From the NCBI GenBank assembly GCA_913053845.1, contig CAJXGD010000006.1, positions 713-64,712 of the forward strand: 64,000 nucleotides of DNA, written 5' to 3'. Under the pieces are notes generated by a model. It worked only from the letters and a program-made list of their open reading frames with translations. It was not told the origin of the DNA and did no database searches. Position 1 is the stretch's first letter, and the number at the start of each line of letters is the position of its first letter. This document shows, piece after piece, positions 63,024 through 64,000 of this stretch. The position numbers and the translations under genes were made by a program. Source of the DNA: an uncultured bacterium (GTDB lineage Bacteria; Bipolaricaulota; Bipolaricaulia; RBG-16-55-9; DRJF01).

Positions 63024-63755
63024 TTACCGCATCGTTGCCAAGGCTATGCCGATGATCCCGAAGATCAGTCCCACGATCGAGATGATGAAATTCCCGTTGG
63101 CTTGCCGCTTAACCCCTTCGAGCTGCTGCTCGGAGGTCGTAGAGGATCGCACCTGGAACTTGCTGATCTTGCTCTGCATCTGGCGGATGGTTTGCTCTTG
63201 CTGGTCCAGCCGCCGCTGCATGGCCTGGATCAGGCCCGACTGGCTCTGCAAGTTCTTGATCTGACTGACCAGCTCGGGGTTGGTGCCCGTCTTGGCCTGG
63301 ATGGCCGCCACCGTGCCCTTGAGCTGATCGAGCTGGCCGTTGCTCTTCTGCTGTTGGTCCGAGACCTGGAAGAGCAGGTTCTGCAGGGCCTTGATGTCCT
63401 GCGGCGAGACCTGACTGGGAGCGGGGGCAGAGGCCTTTTGACTCACCTGACCGCCGGTGTTTTTGAAGATATAACGAACGGTGCGGGCGACCATGGTGGC
63501 CGCCTGATAGCGGGTGAGCGGTTTATTGCCATTGAAGCGTCCGCCGGGCAGGCCGGTGATGATCCCGCGCTCGACCAGATATTTGATGTCGGCGGCAGCC
63601 CAATGGCCGGCCGGCAGGTCCACGAAGAGTGTGCTCGATTTGGCGGCAGATGTGTTCTGCGGCTGATGCACCGGTCCGTCGGCGACGCCGATCGCGCCCA
63701 GCCCCCAGACCAACAGCCCCCCTACGAGGATGATGGCAAAGATTCTGGCCTTCAT
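63024..63755 (-). CDS. SLH-domain / coiled-coil / C-terminal TM anchor protein (Omp-alpha-like envelope tether)
   Basis: 243 aa; signal peptide; SLH motif FVDLPAGHWAAADIKYLVERGIITG..RYQAATMVAR; ~100 aa Gln-rich coiled coil; C-terminal IISIVGLIFGIIGIALATM helix. Confidence 0.7.
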   Translation of the reverse strand: MKARIFAIILVGGLLVWGLGAIGVADGPVHQPQNTSAAKSSTLFVDLPAGHWAAADIKYLVERGIITGLPGGRFNGNKPLTRYQAATMVARTVRYIFKNTGGQVSQKASAPAPSQVSPQDIKALQNLLFQVSDQQQKSNGQLDQLKGTVAAIQAKTGTNPELVSQIKNLQSQSGLIQAMQRRLDQQEQTIRQMQSKISKFQVRSSTTSEQQLEGVKRQANGNFIISIVGLIFGIIGIALATMR

Positions 63756-63879
63756 AACTTATCAATCTCCCTTCCCGCGTGATGGGTATTACCTTCGGAA
63801 TGGTAGGTGCGGAGGGCGGGCAGGGTCAAGGGCGGTTGTCCCTTGGAGGGTTGACACGTGTACGGGTTGACCCGGTCCT

Positions 63880-63962
63880 CAGGGCGACCACGTAGGGTCG
63901 CCCCTACATTGTTTACGGTGGTTGTGTTTTTCTGTAGGGGCAGCCCTATGTGGCTGCCCTGC
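63880..63962. repeat. palindromic elements of the GTAGGGGC/GCCCCTAC family upstream of the SLH gene
   Basis: GGGCGACC-ACGTAG-GGTCGCCC followed by CCCTACA, then TGTAGGGGCAGCC-CTATGT-GGCTGCCCTG; co-varies with the 61233-61262 copy. Confidence 0.35.
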
Positions 63963-64000
63963 CATCTAGCGTCGTCACGGCACACTCCCCAAATACCCGT

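Noticed and set aside
1-64000. rRNA, tmRNA, RNase P RNA, SRP RNA or recognisable riboswitches
   Set aside because: No stretches with the conserved cores of these RNAs were seen (e.g. no AGGAAAGTCCGGGCTCC-like RNase P P4 region, no 16S/23S-like segments); leaders of the ABC operons were inspected but matched no riboswitch consensus I know.

Overview
GC-rich bacterial chromosomal segment (roughly 60-65% GC by eye), densely coding on both strands. Housekeeping genes are clearly recognisable: hutU, an Opp/Dpp-type ABC transporter, tilS, an RseP-type site-2 protease, coaD, plsX-fabH, hpf, a UvrD/PcrA helicase, tatC, efp, nusB, lnt, infA, molybdate/tungstate and general amino-acid ABC transporters, and four tRNAs (Arg-CCT, Gln-CTG, Leu-GAG, Lys-CTT). 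These are interspersed with accessory material: (i) a low-GC islet (about 14.2-15.8 kb) between rseP and tRNA-Gln carrying an IS1595-type transposase remnant and a DUF3467 gene; (ii) a di-myo-inositol-phosphate (DIP) compatible-solute gene pair (myo-inositol-1-phosphate synthase plus fused IPCT/DIPPS) bordered by an IS5-like scar; (iii) a HEPN/MNT (HepT/MntA-like) toxin-antitoxin pair precisely bracketed by ~56-bp direct repeats; (iv) a ~10-kb minus-strand secreted-protein locus (37.4-47.3 kb) with an FG-GAP/PKD lipoprotein, an S8 subtilase and three paralogous proteins built from an unrecognised Trp/Cys-rich ~65-aa tandem module, all sharing a T9SS-type C-terminal sorting-domain-like tail and containing near-identical intragenic DNA repeats; (v) a second surface locus (59-63.8 kb) with LTD, BNR/sialidase-like, a beta-rich protein ending in an OMP-type C-terminal Phe signature, and an SLH-coiled-coil-TM (Omp-alpha-like) protein, which implies a diderm envelope; (vi) families of structured palindromic or inverted-repeat intergenic elements, one of which appears twice with compensatory base changes. 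No rRNA, no CRISPR array and no intact integrase or transposase were found.
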